A stretch of DNA of 64,000 bases from Antedon mediterranea. Its lineage: Eukaryota; Animalia; Echinodermata. Shown here one piece after another: positions 25,701 through 39,700 of this stretch. Both the position numbers and the translations under genes were made by a program. Within the stretch, counting starts at the first letter, position 1; every line of letters begins with the position of its first letter. Location of the stretch: assembly GCF_964355755.1 (NCBI RefSeq), contig NC_092670.1, positions 15,238,795-15,302,794 of the forward strand. The letters run 5' to 3'. The notes under the pieces are model-generated. The model did not search any database. It saw nothing but the letters and a program-made list of their open reading frames with translations, and had not been told where the DNA came from.

Positions 25701-28700
25701 TCATCAGTAGCTGTGAAACTGAAAACATAGGTACCTTCTTTTTTAGGTTTGAAGGAAAGTTTGACTTTGACAACCTCCTGGTCTGGTTTTGAACCGCTGA
25801 CGTATGTCATTTCCATTCCACTTGGATAACTGCCTTGGATTTCAGTTATACTGAAATTAAATTAAGATCAACATTATTGAGGCATATGCAAATTTCAGAG
25901 TTATTCCAAGACCACGATGTCCAAATGGAGTGGACAAACTTGCACAGACAATAAACCCATTGGGAATTACTACTTAAAACAACAGACCCTTTGGACCTAA
26001 CATTAGGTCCTTTGGACCTAACTCCTAGATCAGTAAAAGTCTTCCATTGAATACCTAAATTTAAGTTTCAATATATTAACCTCTATTTGACCTGTTTTTT
26101 TTATTTCTTCATTCCTAAAATGTTTATATCTACCAAGATATCTTATACTCTCTATATTGTCAAAGTACTCTCATGACAATTTACAACCCCACTCCCAGAG
26201 AGTTGTAATAAGACTTTGTTTATGAAGAGCATATTGTATTATGTTTGACTTGTGAATGAGATTGCCATCTTTAAGAAGGATAGTGAATGAATTTTCTTAT
26301 GGTTATCTTGCAATTTGCTTAAATATATAAAAACAAAACAAAACTTGTTGCCCGAAATCTCTACTAATCTTTCTGGCTATTTCACTTTATCGTTTTGACA
26401 AACATTTACATACGTTGATGCATCAGAGCCATTTTGTATTGAAGCAGTAACGAAACTGTTCCAAGTTTTTCCAGGAGCAATTATGCTACAATTTTCTAGA
26501 TCAATCCTTGGTCCTACACATGATCCGGCTGGTGAAGAAATGTAATTTTATAATAATACATTTTTATATAATAAATTATAATAATAAGCCTACATTGATT
26601 ATGAACGCATTGACCAATCACAATTTAGATGATTTCTATGACGTCATGATTGGTCAAATTAGTTGCGACGCACTTAGGTCCTTGTGTTTCGTCCAACAAT
26701 GGGACACTACTGTAGCTTTTCTATTCCATAATATTTTAGAGACTTTTCAATTGTAGACACCACTGACATTATTTTTGCATGAGCTCTTTAAAAAAATTCA
26801 AATTCAGAGACAGTGTTTGAGATTTTCCCTCGGATGACACTACCATCAGTTTAGGAGTGTATAGTCAGTGAAACCGTAACCCAACTAGATTTAAACTTAC
26901 GTGCAGTTACGTCAAGAAGAAATTGGAATGGAACTGTGCTCTTAGCTTTCCTGTAAGTTTTATCTGGAAAATCTTCGATCATTACAGAAGCGCCATACCA
27001 CCCTTGTAAATCATCTTCTCCGGTAATAAACTTGATCTTGCAATCTTTCTAAAATAAGTAAACAATTTAATTTAAAAGTCATGTTTACATTCTATACTGA
27101 TAACTTACTGCTAAACGCTTTTGATTGGTTTAACTTTTCCATAACTTTTCGAACGCAACAATCTCGAAAACCATACATACCTGATAAAGTTTTGTCAATG
27201 ATGTTGCTTGTCCACATACACGGCGAACATCGCTACTATCTCGACCCTCTGGACATTCGTCGTTATTTGCCCATCGACATTTTGTCGGGTCTCCGTTTAT
27301 ATCAATGGCTGAAAGATTAAGATGATGAAATTAGTGTGTTGAAATATTAAGCATAACCGTTATCTTGTTCTAAAGGACACGTTTATCTTCAAACGAGAGG
27401 ACAAATTGTTCCTTTTTTTGTAAGTTATATCATTGTTTCTACTAGAGGCAATACTACTATAACTTACGGTTAAGGTCGATAAGTCTCTTGCAACCATGTC
27501 TGACTCTATACACTGGTAAACCGGCTGTAACTCTTGGAGAGTCGTTTTTTATTGAAGTGTCAACTTTAGTTAAAAGTGACCAACACTTTCCAGCACCGTA
27601 ATTTTCAAGCTTAATCCAGCTACTGTCGGAACACATGCCAGTTGTCTTAAATCTATAAAAAAACAAAAAACAAAAGTATATTTAATTATTTTACATCAAA
27701 GTCAATACTATATTATTATAATAATATCAAAATGTTTAGAAAGTCTTCTCAACGTACTTAATGTATATACAGTAGGACAAACATCTGATCAATTGCTCAA
27801 CTCCTTATAGAAAAGATAATGCATAGTATGTAATTGCAATCATCAATGTCAACATGAATATTATTAACAATGAACTTTCTATTTCCAACAAGATTGGATA
27901 GATGTAAACTAAAAGATCAAGTCAAGTTAATAAAAAAAAGTACTTACGCCATAATGAATTCTTTACGGTCTGCCGTATAATCTACGTATCCATCTAGAAG
28001 ACTCCACCCCATTTCTTGTGAAATTGAAGTACATTTAAGTTTTAGTGGGGTTAGAATGGTCTGGTTGGTACCACAATCGATACATGTTAAAGCAAGACGT
28101 TTTTCGGCATTCAGGTTGTCTCCTATTTCGTTACAATAGTATTCTGAGAAATCCGTTGTCCGTTCAAAAGATAGACGCCAGAAAACACGTACCTATTGAA
28201 AACAAATTCACATCATGTCAGTAATTATTATACCAAACAATAATAATAATTTTAACTTTGGACGCAACGACATAGGCGTGCCGCAAGTAATTTGACAAAT
28301 CACAACGTGATGGAGCATCCGAATTGTCGATTGTAATTGGTTTATTTATTTATTTTTATTTCAACAATATTTTATGAGGGTGATCCATCCAGCATAAGCT
28401 GATCATTAGGAACCTTCAAACAATACAAGAGAAAATACAAAATAAACTATAAAAATACAAAATTAACAAAGATTTAAAAAATAATAAATATAAAATATGA
28501 TATGGTTAAATAACTTGCGTTTATACTACTATATTACTATTTATTACATTTGACTTTGACCCTCTGTTTTAATTCTAGCTCTACCATTTATCTAGTACTA
28601 GTGGTACAGCGGTACTGTACAGGTCACATTTAGCGAATATGGAACCTCAAAGATCTACCCTAGTTCTTTTAATTTATGTTTTAAAGGGAAAGCGGAATAC

Positions 28701-31700
28701 TAATACAAGTCGATCGTTACTGTGGTCACGCAAACAACAGTACAATACGACTCCAAAAACATGCCAGCCATCGATTCCTAATTCGCTCGTCACTCCGAAA
28801 TTTAAAAAAACACATTATCCGAAAGTACTACATCCATAAGAACAATGATCTTGCATTTGTTTCGCTTTTGATTCTCGCACTGTGTGGTGATATAGCATCT
28901 AACCCCGGCCCACCAAGTATCCATGCGGTTTATGTACTAGGTGTGTCAGATCGAATCAACGCGGTATACAATGCGATGATTGCAATTACTGGTTCATCTG
29001 AAATGTACCAACTTGTTAGAGGAAGAGTTCATATGCTCTCGCGAAATCAGTCGATAACTGGTACTGCTACCCGTGTTTTTTGCCTCAACTCGGTGACTCC
29101 TATTTTGAAACTAAAGATACAGAATCTTTAGACAGTGAATATGCTTCCGATTCTGACTCTCTGGACCATAGTGACCATGTAAACCTCCGAATTTATTTAA
29201 ATTGTTTGTATAGTATTGTAGACCCCTGTACAACCAAATTCATTTAATCGGTGACTTTAACCTCCCCCGTGCTAAGGGCTGTATTGGTGAACTAGTTTCA
29301 CCTGACACCCCCGAGGGTGACTTTACAGACTTTACAAGATAACTTTTTAACTCAAGTTAATGATATTCCATCACGTAATGGTCATGCAAACATACTTGAC
29401 CTCGTCGTTACTAGTACACCTGAAGGATTATCCTGTATTTCTGAATCTACCCAGTCTTACCACTCTGATCATAAATTCTTGCAGTTTAAAATAAAGAGCA
29501 AAATTGACAGGCCTAAAAGCATTAAACGTCAAGTGTATAATTTTAAATCCGCCAACTTTGACAACATTAGAAATGCATTTGATAATGCCTCTTTTGTAGA
29601 CTTGTACCTTGCCACTGATGTAAACACTGCTTGGAATGTTTTTACCTCTGTTATAAACAAAATTCTAAGCAATCATGTGAACAAATTCAATGATTATATC
29701 AGTGACATGGGGTCTACAATTGAAAACAATCCAAAAAGATTTTAGTCCTTTATGAGCAACAAAACCAAATCTAAATCTCTTCCCAAAGTAATTAACCATA
29801 ACGCTGCTTCGGCTACAGGAGCTAAAGATAGGGCAACTTTATTTAACGACTATGTATTCGATGTTCAGTACACCAAAGGTTTACGATGTTTTACCCGAAG
29901 CCAGTAACACAAAAAAAAACTATGCCTGATCTAATTAACATAGTTATTGATGAAACTGATGTTTGTGAAATACTTTCGAGCTTGGATACTTCTAAGGCTG
30001 TCGGTCCTGACGAGATCTCACTACGGGTCCTTAAAGATTGCGCTAAACAACTCAGTACACCACTGTGTCACATTTTCAATATTTCAATGTCAACTGGACA
30101 ACTGCCTGGTATTTAGCTTAAAGCTAACGTGGTTCCCGTATTTAAAAAGGGCGACAAATACAAATCCTCAAATTACCGACCCATATCCTCACTATGTATC
30201 TCAAACAAAGTTTTCGAAAGATTAATTTACAACGCTATTTTCCCGCACTTAAAGAATTATTTGGACTAGATGGTACGCTCGCTTCGCTCGCGTACCATCT
30301 AGGTCGTGCCCACAGATGGTTCTCGAATATACAGTAATTTCAGCGTAACAAAACTGGCGATTTCAAATGTACGTACCGCAGGACTATAATACATTGTCGT
30401 TTACAGAAACGAATAAATAGACACGATGATTTATGTAGTCAACTAAAATTAGCACCCTGGGAATTACTTCCGAAGGAGAAACTTATCACAAAATGAGTCA
30501 ATTTGTGTTTTGTATGTAACATTAGGGTTGAGGGATGGGAAAGCGGATAGGTACAAAGAGGAACAATTTTTAAATATATTCTTTATCCACTCAGTAACGA
30601 AATATTTTGTTCATGTTTTATAAGCCTATACATAATATACCTCTAAATACAGTAAAACATTTGCGATTTAATACTTTGTTAAAACTGTCACTGTCATAAT
30701 CGATTGAAATATTAAAGTACATGTCACGATACACCACTACGACGTTTATATTTTTGGTAATTATTAATTAATACAAACGTTGAGAAGGAACTGTCAGTAT
30801 AAAGTTTATTTGTATATAATAATGTGTATTTACAGTATTGTCAAAGTATTGCAAGAAGTTTATTCTTAAAGGGCCCATATATTTACCTACCGTATGTGTT
30901 AAACCAAGGGCTCATAAATTTACCTACTTGTGTTAAACCAAACTCTGGCAGACTGAGAGATTGGGATGTTCCATTCATCGCAAATCAATACATTTGTATA
31001 ATCTTATATTAAATCTATCAAAATAGTATTTTTTAAAGAAAATCGGCCTGTCTTCAACATTATGATGCTGTACTCTAGCTGTTCAACCGGTTTTCAGCTA
31101 TTAAAAACAATTATCGTAGGAGGAGATAGGAAAATGCGAAGCCTCCTCGCATTTTTGTGGCGGGTATTTTTCAAGATGGACATCCATTAAACAGTGTATA
31201 CCACGATCGGAAAACACTCCTATTTGAGGCAAATCGTTGAACCTAAATTCGTTTTAATCGTCAATAACTAATTATCTAACTTAATTTAATTAGTAAACAG
31301 GGTTACATCAGGTGGTTAAAATCAGTACCGAAAGTATGAACCAACTTTATATACCATCGAGTAAAAATTCTAGAAGTAAGGCGCGATTTACCGAATTTTG
31401 CCCTTACGTAAATTTATATATAGATGATCTACAACACGGGTTCATTAAGGACCGTTCTACTGTTTCACAATTATTAACCATTTTTCATACAGCAAGTGAA
31501 GTTATGGACAACGCTGGCCAGGTCGACCTCGTATCTAGATTTTTCTAAAGCGTTCGACAGTGTGTCCCTCCATTTACTTCTGCACAAATTAAAATCATAT
31601 GGTATTAGAGGTAATCTCCATCACTGGTTTAGGGCCTATCTTTCCAACAGAACGCAAAAGGTTGTTATCAAAGGATCGTTTTCCGATTGGCTACCTGTGA

Positions 31701-33475
31701 TTACAGGGGTGCCACAAGGTTCAATCCTAGGTCCCCTACTCTTCTTATTATACATAAACGACTTGCCCACGTCTACCAGGAATGCAACAATTGCTCTCTT
31801 TACAGACGATGCAAAAGGCTTGAAATCTATTAATCAAGTGACCGATTGTAATATTTTACAAGACGATATCAATTCGTTGTACAAATGGAGTAAAACAGGG
31901 GATCTATAATTTAGTCCATCTAAATGTCAAATAATATCCATTACTAGAAAATGAACCCTTTAATATATGACTACAGGATGAATGGTATTTCTCTCGCTAG
32001 ATCTGATTGTATCAATGATCTGGGGATCGAAATATCTAATCATCTGAAATGGAACGAGCACGTCACCAAAGTTGTCTCAAGATGTAATCGCAAACTTGGT
32101 GTGATTAAACGGACTTTGGGCTACAATTCCCCTATCAGTATTACTAGGACGTTATTCACCTCCCTGATTAGAACCAACCTTGAGTATGCTAGCTCATTGT
32201 GGAGTGGCACATCCAAATGTAACATTCGGAAAGTGTACAGCGTAAAGCTACCAAATACATTTTGAATTACCCCGATCAAGATTACAAAGAACGTCTAACC
32301 TTGCTTAATGTACTACCCCTATCATATAGAAGAGAATATGGATGTTAACTTCTTCCATCAATGCTTGCCTTATATGAATGATCTTAATATCAAATATTTC
32401 GTTACATTTTCCGGAGACAATAATGGTCGTGCAACAAGATCATCTGTTGATGACCTCATTCTTACTGTCAGAAATTGTCATACTGAATCACATAAATCGA
32501 TGTATTTCCAACGCATTGTTCCCATGTGGAATCAGTTAGATCAAGATACTAGAGAAGCACCTACGTCTTGCAGGTTTAAACTAGAGACTAAGAAATATTT
32601 TAACGACTTATTTACCAATACGTATGAAACTGGCAATATGTGCACATGGGTGTCCTGTTGTCGCTGCTGTAAATGTCGGCCAACTTAGTTTAATCTTAAA
32701 TAATACAAATTTATAAATTACTATTATATTTAAATTTTTATTATGATGTTATAAACCTCTTCATTGCTCATTGTGCAATTTGGGATTGGACCGTTGTAGA
32801 GGTTTTTACCTGTTGGTGGTCGAACATCGAACTAAGATTATAAATGATAACAATATCGATTGTTCAAATCATAAATTTTCATATCAATTCGTGTTTCATT
32901 CATTCATTCAATAGTATGATAGTATGTAGGTCAATGACCCAAATACAATAATAGATAATAACACATATACTTACATTTAAGTAGTAGTAACAGCAACATA
33001 TTTAGTTTTTCTTTTTATATGCGATAAAGGCAAATCTTACCAGGTTATTATTACTTTTTTGTTTTTGTTATCCATTAAAAAAATAAATGTTTTAGGCCTA
33101 TCTGATGGTTGATTAAAATAATAAGGTTTTTAAAAGGAGTGTCTAATTTCTTTTCAGTCTATAACCATCTATACCTTAACAAATAAAAACCTAATCTAGT
33201 CTAGAACTCAAAATACAGCTTAATAACACCTCATCAATGTACGCCTTTTATCAACACAAATTATAGCATAGGATTTGATTGAGGAATTAGGGAACTTATG
33301 AACTTAATTTACACAAATACAAACTACACAAATTAGGCCTGTTATTGAGTTTGAAAGAAAATCAAGGTACCTTTGCTTTTCCGAGTCTTTCATAGTAAAA
33401 CGTACCACCACGGTAGTGAGTAGCGCACACCTCAGCTACCATCAACGCCATCGAAAAGAGAACCAAACTTCTCAT
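19780..33475 (-). CDS. Paralog C: secreted ZP-domain protein, 14 coding exons, ~786 aa; frame intact but first exon/promoter not found
   Basis: Exons 33371-33475, 27948-28192, 27468-27652, 27181-27308, 26901-27048, 26414-26528, 25695-25850, 25513-25553, 24805-24935, 24209-24473, 23803-23990, 21589-21992, 20158-20257, 19780-19929; same phases as B; ends CSRRRRSISTFEEEIDTFMTFRM*. Confidence 0.85.
20295..21245 (-). mobile_element. 5'-truncated LINE (Rex1/Babar-like RT C-terminus) in an intron of paralog C
   Basis: GTPQGSVISP, KYADD, WC..NNLKLN..KTKEM.IDFRK, YKYLG, C-terminal HPLH..F...SG.R.R...T.RF..SFVP.AI (ORF 20449-21204); 3' AATAAA plus (GACTAT) repeats; absent from the same intron of B. 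Confidence 0.88.
22350..23340 (+). mobile_element. Helitron-family fragment (same family as 4550-5868) in an intron of paralog C, with a tRNA-like segment at ~22710-22790
   Basis: Shares GTATCTCCTCC..ACCACTGAACGGTACGTGCTCACATTTG.. and later blocks with 4550-5868. TGGCTCAGT and GTTCGAATCC boxes lie in a segment absent from the 4550 copy. Confidence 0.65.
28340..28503 (-). mobile_element. Short retroelement 3'-tail insertion
   Basis: (TAAA)n tail on minus, flanked by TGGTT repeats; splits an inverted repeat that is intact in B (12860-12931) and D. Confidence 0.5.
28545..32822 (+). mobile_element. Degenerate CR1/L2-group LINE in an intron of paralog C (2A-like motif, PHD finger, partial APE, RT), interrupted by a Helitron
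   Basis: LCGDIASNPGP; YPCGLC..CV..NQRGIQCDDC; IGDFNLP; ILDLVVT; SDH; KAVGPDEI; NYRPISSL; LQHGF; YLDFSKAFDSV; GVPQGSILGPLLFLLYINDL; FTDD; many frameshifts and stops. Absent from the same intron in B and D. Confidence 0.92.
30266..31424 (-). mobile_element. Non-autonomous Helitron inserted in the LINE RT
   Basis: Minus strand starts TC(TATATATAAATTT) and ends CTAG, inserted between A and T with no TSD; removal restores YLD|DLQHGF. 13-bp terminal stem CTAGATGGTACGC/GCGTACCATCTAG. Confidence 0.88.
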
Positions 33476-33804
33476 GATTACCTGTCAAAAGAAACCAATA
33501 AACTTTTGTTATGCTTACCAAGAATGAACCAGGAGAATGCGATGAATTCTACCTTAAATCCGAGACTTCAATTCAATTGAATTAATGTCTCATCTTATTA
33601 ATAGTTATTAATACAGTCAGTCCGAATTGAAAATTCGAGCCATTACTGATTATGCAAAATTCAAAATACTCGTGGCTTTGATTTGATCTGGGAAGAGTGA
33701 AATTACATTGTAAGAAATGATATTTAATTTCAATCTTCCCTGATTTGATTGATTTGCACCTCGATATAATACAATACACAGTAAAAATGTAATTAAAAGC
33801 ATTT

Positions 33805-34050
33805 AAACCATAGAAATTAAAGAAACACCTTCGCTCCTCTGTCAAATCATACTATCCGTTTTCGCATTTAGACTCGGGTGGACACACCTTTCCATTTGTC
33901 GCATCTTCTCTTTGGAAGATCCTACCTTTTGTAAAACATTCACTCGCTCTTTGATTCATTTAAGATAAATTTAAAAACTCTTATTTAGCAAATTTCAGGA
34001 TACAATATTGTTTTTAATTGGCGCAATATAAATTGATTATTATATTATAG
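33805..34050 (+). mobile_element. Probable LINE 3'-end fragment (L2-like tail)
   Basis: Ends GGCGCAATATAAATTG(ATT)n; begins where homology to the D intron 1 stops. Confidence 0.4.
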
Positions 34051-35579
34051 TTAATGATCATAGTAAAGTCAATGGTAAGACTATAGTCACGACTTGTATC
34101 GATCGAGTATCTAAGTAGCTGATCAGCATGACTTCATCACTGCCTCGCTGCCAATGACTTGAACAATATAATCATCATTTTCCATCAACATTATTTTACT
34201 TGTCACCGTTATCACAATTGATCATAATATTTAAAGTTATAAGCATTTCAAAATGTCGTCATTCTAATCATTTCACATGTTCGTGGTCATCGTCATTTCA
34301 TTTCTCATATTCATTACGTTTACCCTGTAATTTAGGTGTTAGGATCGTTAGGCCTATACACAGTTACCACAGTTAGTGTACTATATTATTTTAAACATAT
34401 CCTCTATGATGATGATCTGTAGGTAACCACGGCGTTCCATTTTTGACGTATATACACTTAAGCTTGCTGACTGCCAGCGATCTAAACATTAGGTAGACCT
34501 ACGCGGTTGTATGGCGGTGTCCTTTGTACAAATCGTGCCCCAGCTGGCTGTATGGGTACGATACATGCGTCAATTATCATGTTACATCCAGGGACCAAAA
34601 TGTGTTTATTTTTCAGGTGAAAATGGGCAATTCATTTCACAACTCTTAGAATTTTACAGACAGCTACGGCAATGGTGACCTCTAATAAAAAGTAAATTAG
34701 CACGGCGCTGAAACAATGTGTTTTAATCAAAAGTGAACGTACTTTACTCATACGCTTTTTTCCCCATTTTTTTCCCTTATGGTAGGACATTTTTTTTCAA
34801 ATTTATTGGGGGGAGGGGGAGGGTGCTGAGGCTTCCCAACTGTATCAATACCAAAAAATTGATGTAAATAAATATTGAGATATAATAAGCATGAAATTGT
34901 GCGCTTTTTTCGGGGCTTCCCCTAAATGTACGTTCGCATTGAACTTGAACGCAACGCAATCAAAACTAAATACTGAGTGAATCAAATCGGCAACAAAATG
35001 TTATATCGTCCTGTAATTAGTCACGTGTGCTTATTGGAAGGAAAAAGTATGATCGTTTTGGTCATTGGTAGAAGCTACATATAAGAGTGTCTTTTCCTGC
35101 AAATTAGAGGTGCCGTTTATCATGAATTTTATGTGCGAGAGTACCATTTCCGGCCATCTGGGGCGTCATTTAACAAAGTTCGCTTCGCCACAGGTCCTGT
35201 CAACGTCCCTGAACAAGCACCTTTTTCCGCCATTTGCAAACGTTAACTTGCGCGAAGTGCCCTGTTGTGACGCTTTTACTCAAAATAGGCCTATAGGAAA
35301 AATGTCACCCTTTAATAGGCTAGTAGGCCTACATTCAGTTTTCATATTTAAAATATCAATTTTTAATTCATATTAATAACGGTAGAGGGCCATTTCCGAC
35401 CATCTAGAGGTGTTATATTTTCAAAATCGCCTCAACTCAGCCTCAACCATGGTGCACGTGGGGCTGAGTTGGTTTTCACTCTCTAGAGTTGCGCCCCCCC
35501 CCCCCTCCCCCCAACTTTCACAAAATCCTGGATCCCCTGAAGACTGCTCGCCGGCTTCTGGAAATTCTCTCCTATCTTT

Positions 35580-35794
35580 TAACACTAGCAGATCTGAAAA
35601 TAATTATAAAAAGTGGTCCAGAATTTGGACCACGGTCCGGACTTCCTCCAAAATTGTGGTGGTCCTTGATCACATATCTATCTGTATTTTGTTTTGGCTA
35701 AGATCTTGTAATTACTTTTTGACTAATCCTGCTAACAAACAAACAGACAGACACACAAACGCGATCGACTAAAATACCTCCTTAGCGGAGGTAA
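35580..35794 (-). mobile_element. Partial copy of the Helentron-type element
   Basis: Reverse complement of 17051-17260 (ACCTCCGCTAAGGAGGT, GTCT/GTTT repeats, AAAAAGTAATTACAAGATCTT). Confidence 0.7.
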
Positions 35795-36705
35795 ATAATT
35801 TAATTAAGTAAATTAGCAGCTGGTCCTACTGGTAAAATAAAAATAAAATACCTTTTATTATGTAGACACAAAATTGTTGTTGTTGTTTTCGGTAATGTAG
35901 ATTATCAGTCAGTGTTAACACATGAATCCTGAGAACCTATAGGCCTGCCTCTAGATGTGCAATCAAAATGAATAAACCGTGCAGATTTTTTCCCCCTTTT
36001 ATATTGTATCAAATCTGTGTAAACGATGTTTCCAAACCTCCATGGTATTAAACAATAATAAATTGAGAATTAAATTAATTTTCCAATTCTCGTTGATATT
36101 GATTTACATTGAAAACAAGACGATAATGGCAACAATATTGTTTAACAATAATTTTTTTATCAATTCTGATGCGTTTTTAAATTCAAATTAAATGAAATTT
36201 GATACGTCATTTGTATATCAATTATCAGCGTTCCGTATGTTAGGTCTTTAATTTCAATCAAATTTAAACTAACATAAACATGGAAAGTCTAGGTTTATGG
36301 TAAAACAAGCTGCAAAAACGTATACAGACATCAATTAAAGCGTTACCAACTTGCCGCATTAATATATATTTTTTTTCATTTCATTTCATTTATTTCAATA
36401 TCATTATCGCAGCCTTAGCTGAATTACAAAGATTGATTGATTGATTTGATTGATTGATTCTTTTATTTTTCACACAACATTCTTAAAAATATAAATAAAG
36501 GATTAAGTACAATAAAGTGTGAAAAACAGGATAACCACAAGCAAGCAAAGCTTTTAATCTGTGGCACCCTAACTTAAAATATAAATTTACAAATATATTA
36601 CAAAAAATGTTTTCATGTAGTAAATAAATGAAGGAAAATACAACGTACTATAATATAACATATATATATACATCAGTCTCAGAATATATACGAAAATGTA
36701 ATTAA

Positions 36706-39700
36706 TTAAGTTAAAGTTAGACATATTTTACAAATGTTGTTTTCGCATAGATATATTGTTTCTTTATAACTATTAATGCATTTATTTAGTAATAGTTTTT
36801 TAAATATTGATATATTTTCACTCTCTCTTATATTTCTTATAAGTTGATTCCATAGCTTAGGTCCTCTATATGCTATACTTTGCTGACCCATATTAGTTGA
36901 TTTTAATTTTATACAATAATTGTCTTTATTTCGAGTGTTATATGTATGATAATTATCAAATAAACTGAATAAAGAATTAAAACATTTTGGAAGTTGTCCT
37001 TTTTGGTATTTAAACATAAAATTTAAAACACTGTTTTTATACAAATCAAATATATTAAATGTGCCCGTTTTCACAAAGAGCTGAGAAGAGGGATGATGAA
37101 AGTCTACCTTACAAATGATCCTAAGAGCTTTTTTCTGAAGCAATAGAAGGGGATCCAAATTGTCTTTGTTCCCCGCACCCCATACAATAATACCATATGT
37201 CAACACTGGTAATATAAGTGTCTTGTATATGGTAAGTAACACTTCAGTAGATACTAATTTTTTTATATGACACATGGCACCAATTATTGAGGATGCTTTA
37301 CAAGAAACTGCATTTGTATGGTGTCTAAAGTTCAGTTTCTCATCAATGACGACACCGAGAAATTTAGTATATGGTACTCTATCTATTGAAACTCTATTTA
37401 TTGAAAGTACAAATTGGGATGTGTCAATGTTGGTATTCTTTCCACTAAATAACATATACGTAGTCTTGGTTGTATTAATAGTTAATCTATTAGTTTTACA
37501 CCATTTCTCAATTTTATTTAGTTCATTTGTCATTATTGTAAAGGCAGTGACGATATCATTGTGTTGTAAAAACATATTCGTATCATCTGCAAACATTATT
37601 AAATCAACGACATTACTTACAGAAAACATGTCATTTATGAAAATCAAAAACAGCAGGGGTCCAAGGATTGACCCTTGTGGAACGCCTTGTTTTATTATTT
37701 TGGTTACAGACTGACACTTCCCAATTTGTACAAATTGTTGTCTTTCTCTAAGGTAGCTTCGGTACCAATCAAGAACCACGCCTCTTATTCCATAATGGGG
37801 CAATTTTGTGAGCAATAATTCATGATCTATCGAATCGAACGCCTTGGATAAATCCAAAAATACGCCAATCATAAATTGCTTGTTGTCAACGGCTGTTGTT
37901 ATTTTATCAAGGACTTGTAGGAGGGCGTGGTTAGTTGAATGACCTGCCCTGAATCTATATTGAGATTCATGTAACATATCATATTTACACAAAAAAGCGA
38001 TTGTTTGGTCATATACGACCCTTTCAAATACCTTAGATATACATGGTAATATCGATATCGGTCTATAATTTTCTATGTTCTCCCTTGCTCCTTTTTATAC
38101 ACAGGAATTGTTTTAGCAATTTTTAGTTGACAAGGAAATACACCCGATTGAAGGGATACATTGATTATATGAGATAATGGTTTAGCCAGTATATCTGAGT
38201 TATTTTTTATATAAATGGTACCAATGTCATCACAACCACTTGACTTATTTACATTTAAGTCATTAATGTATTTAATGATATCGGACTCAGATACAGCTCT
38301 AAAAAACATTGAATTCAAAATGTCATGTTGTATTTTATATTTGGTGTTACTATTACGGTTATCATCACCTGTCATTTGGTCACCTATATTTATAAAGTAT
38401 GTGTTAAACGCATTGGCTATGGATGTTGGGTCATTAAGTTGATGGGAGTTGATTTTCATTTTTTGAGGCATGTCTTGATGTTTCATCCTACCTAATAATG
38501 AGTTTATGACACCCCATGTTTTCTTTATATTACTCTTGTGCTTTTCAAATTCATTTTTGTAATAAGTAGTTTTCCTTTCTCTTATTATTGATGTTAACTT
38601 ATTCTTATATTTCTTATATTTAGATTTATTTATATCTGTTGGTTTCTGTTTATATTTGATGTATAATTTATTTTTGGTACAAAGAGATTTTTGAATTCCA
38701 TATGTTATCCACGGGGATTTAATTGTATCTACTTTTAACCTAACTCTTTTTAGTGGGAAATGCTTATCTATCATTGTTTTTAAAGCTCAGGTACAGGCAT
38801 GAATTTTAAATATAATATCTGGTTAATTGTACATAAATCAAATATTTGTAACAGAAATCAAGATGAAAAACCATGAATTTCCCCTAATATGGTCAAATAC
38901 AAAATTTGGTAAAATTCTGCCAAAAAAACCAGGAAGACTTTTTTCAGTAGTTAGGTAGTTAACCTAATGTAACAGCATGTCTGGTGACTCCCTAGAAGGT
39001 GAAAAAAGATGGTGGATATACGGTGGATAATTTTTGCTATAGCATGAAAATTAAATTCTGAAGTTGAATAAAAATACCAAAAATGTAAAATTCAAGTTAT
39101 ATTACCTATATTTAGTCATCTGATAACATTTTTTACCACACCGTTTATTTTTCATAGCTTTTTAAAATGCCTCTCTATTTTCAAAATTTGTGTACAAAAG
39201 AATAGAGATTTTACTGTGTAATTTGAACTATCCCCCCACTGATAAGAAAGTGCTAATTTTCAAAAAGCTCCTGTAACACAAATAAAATCTCAAAAATTAT
39301 GAAACATAGGGGAAACTATAGATCGATAATTATTGGAATGTATGATCAATAGAAATTATTTGCCCGCACCTGGCCTTTAAAGAATCTGAGAAACATTTAT
39401 ATGATTCATTCGAATTTTCAATGCTAGTTACATATTGCCAATCATAGCCCTGTAATTCAAGTCTAAATTGCCGTTTTTGTTGATCAGTATAGCTTCTTTT
39501 TATTATAAATTTTTCTGATCGTGGTAATGAATAATTTTCTGAATCATCCATGCAGAAAACTGCAAAGTGGTCAGATATGTCGTTAACTAATATCCCTGTG
39601 TTAATATTTTGGAATTCCTGATAATTTGTATAAATATTGTCAATTACTGTTGCGGTATCTTTTGTGATTCGGGTGGGTTTATTAACTAGTGGAATGAAAG

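Larger units (their letters stand above)
15973..28090 (+). repeat. Segmental duplication unit 1 (~12 kb), paired with 45288-57400
   Basis: Colinear near-identity at an offset of about 29.31 kb starting at AAGTGCACAAATAAAATG; identical ORFs in the track (e.g. 20449-21204 and 49757-50512). Confidence 0.95.

Noticed and set aside
38784-39376. piggyBac assignment for the TTAA insert
   Set aside because: Termini are AG..CT rather than CCC..GGG, which fits Kolobok better.
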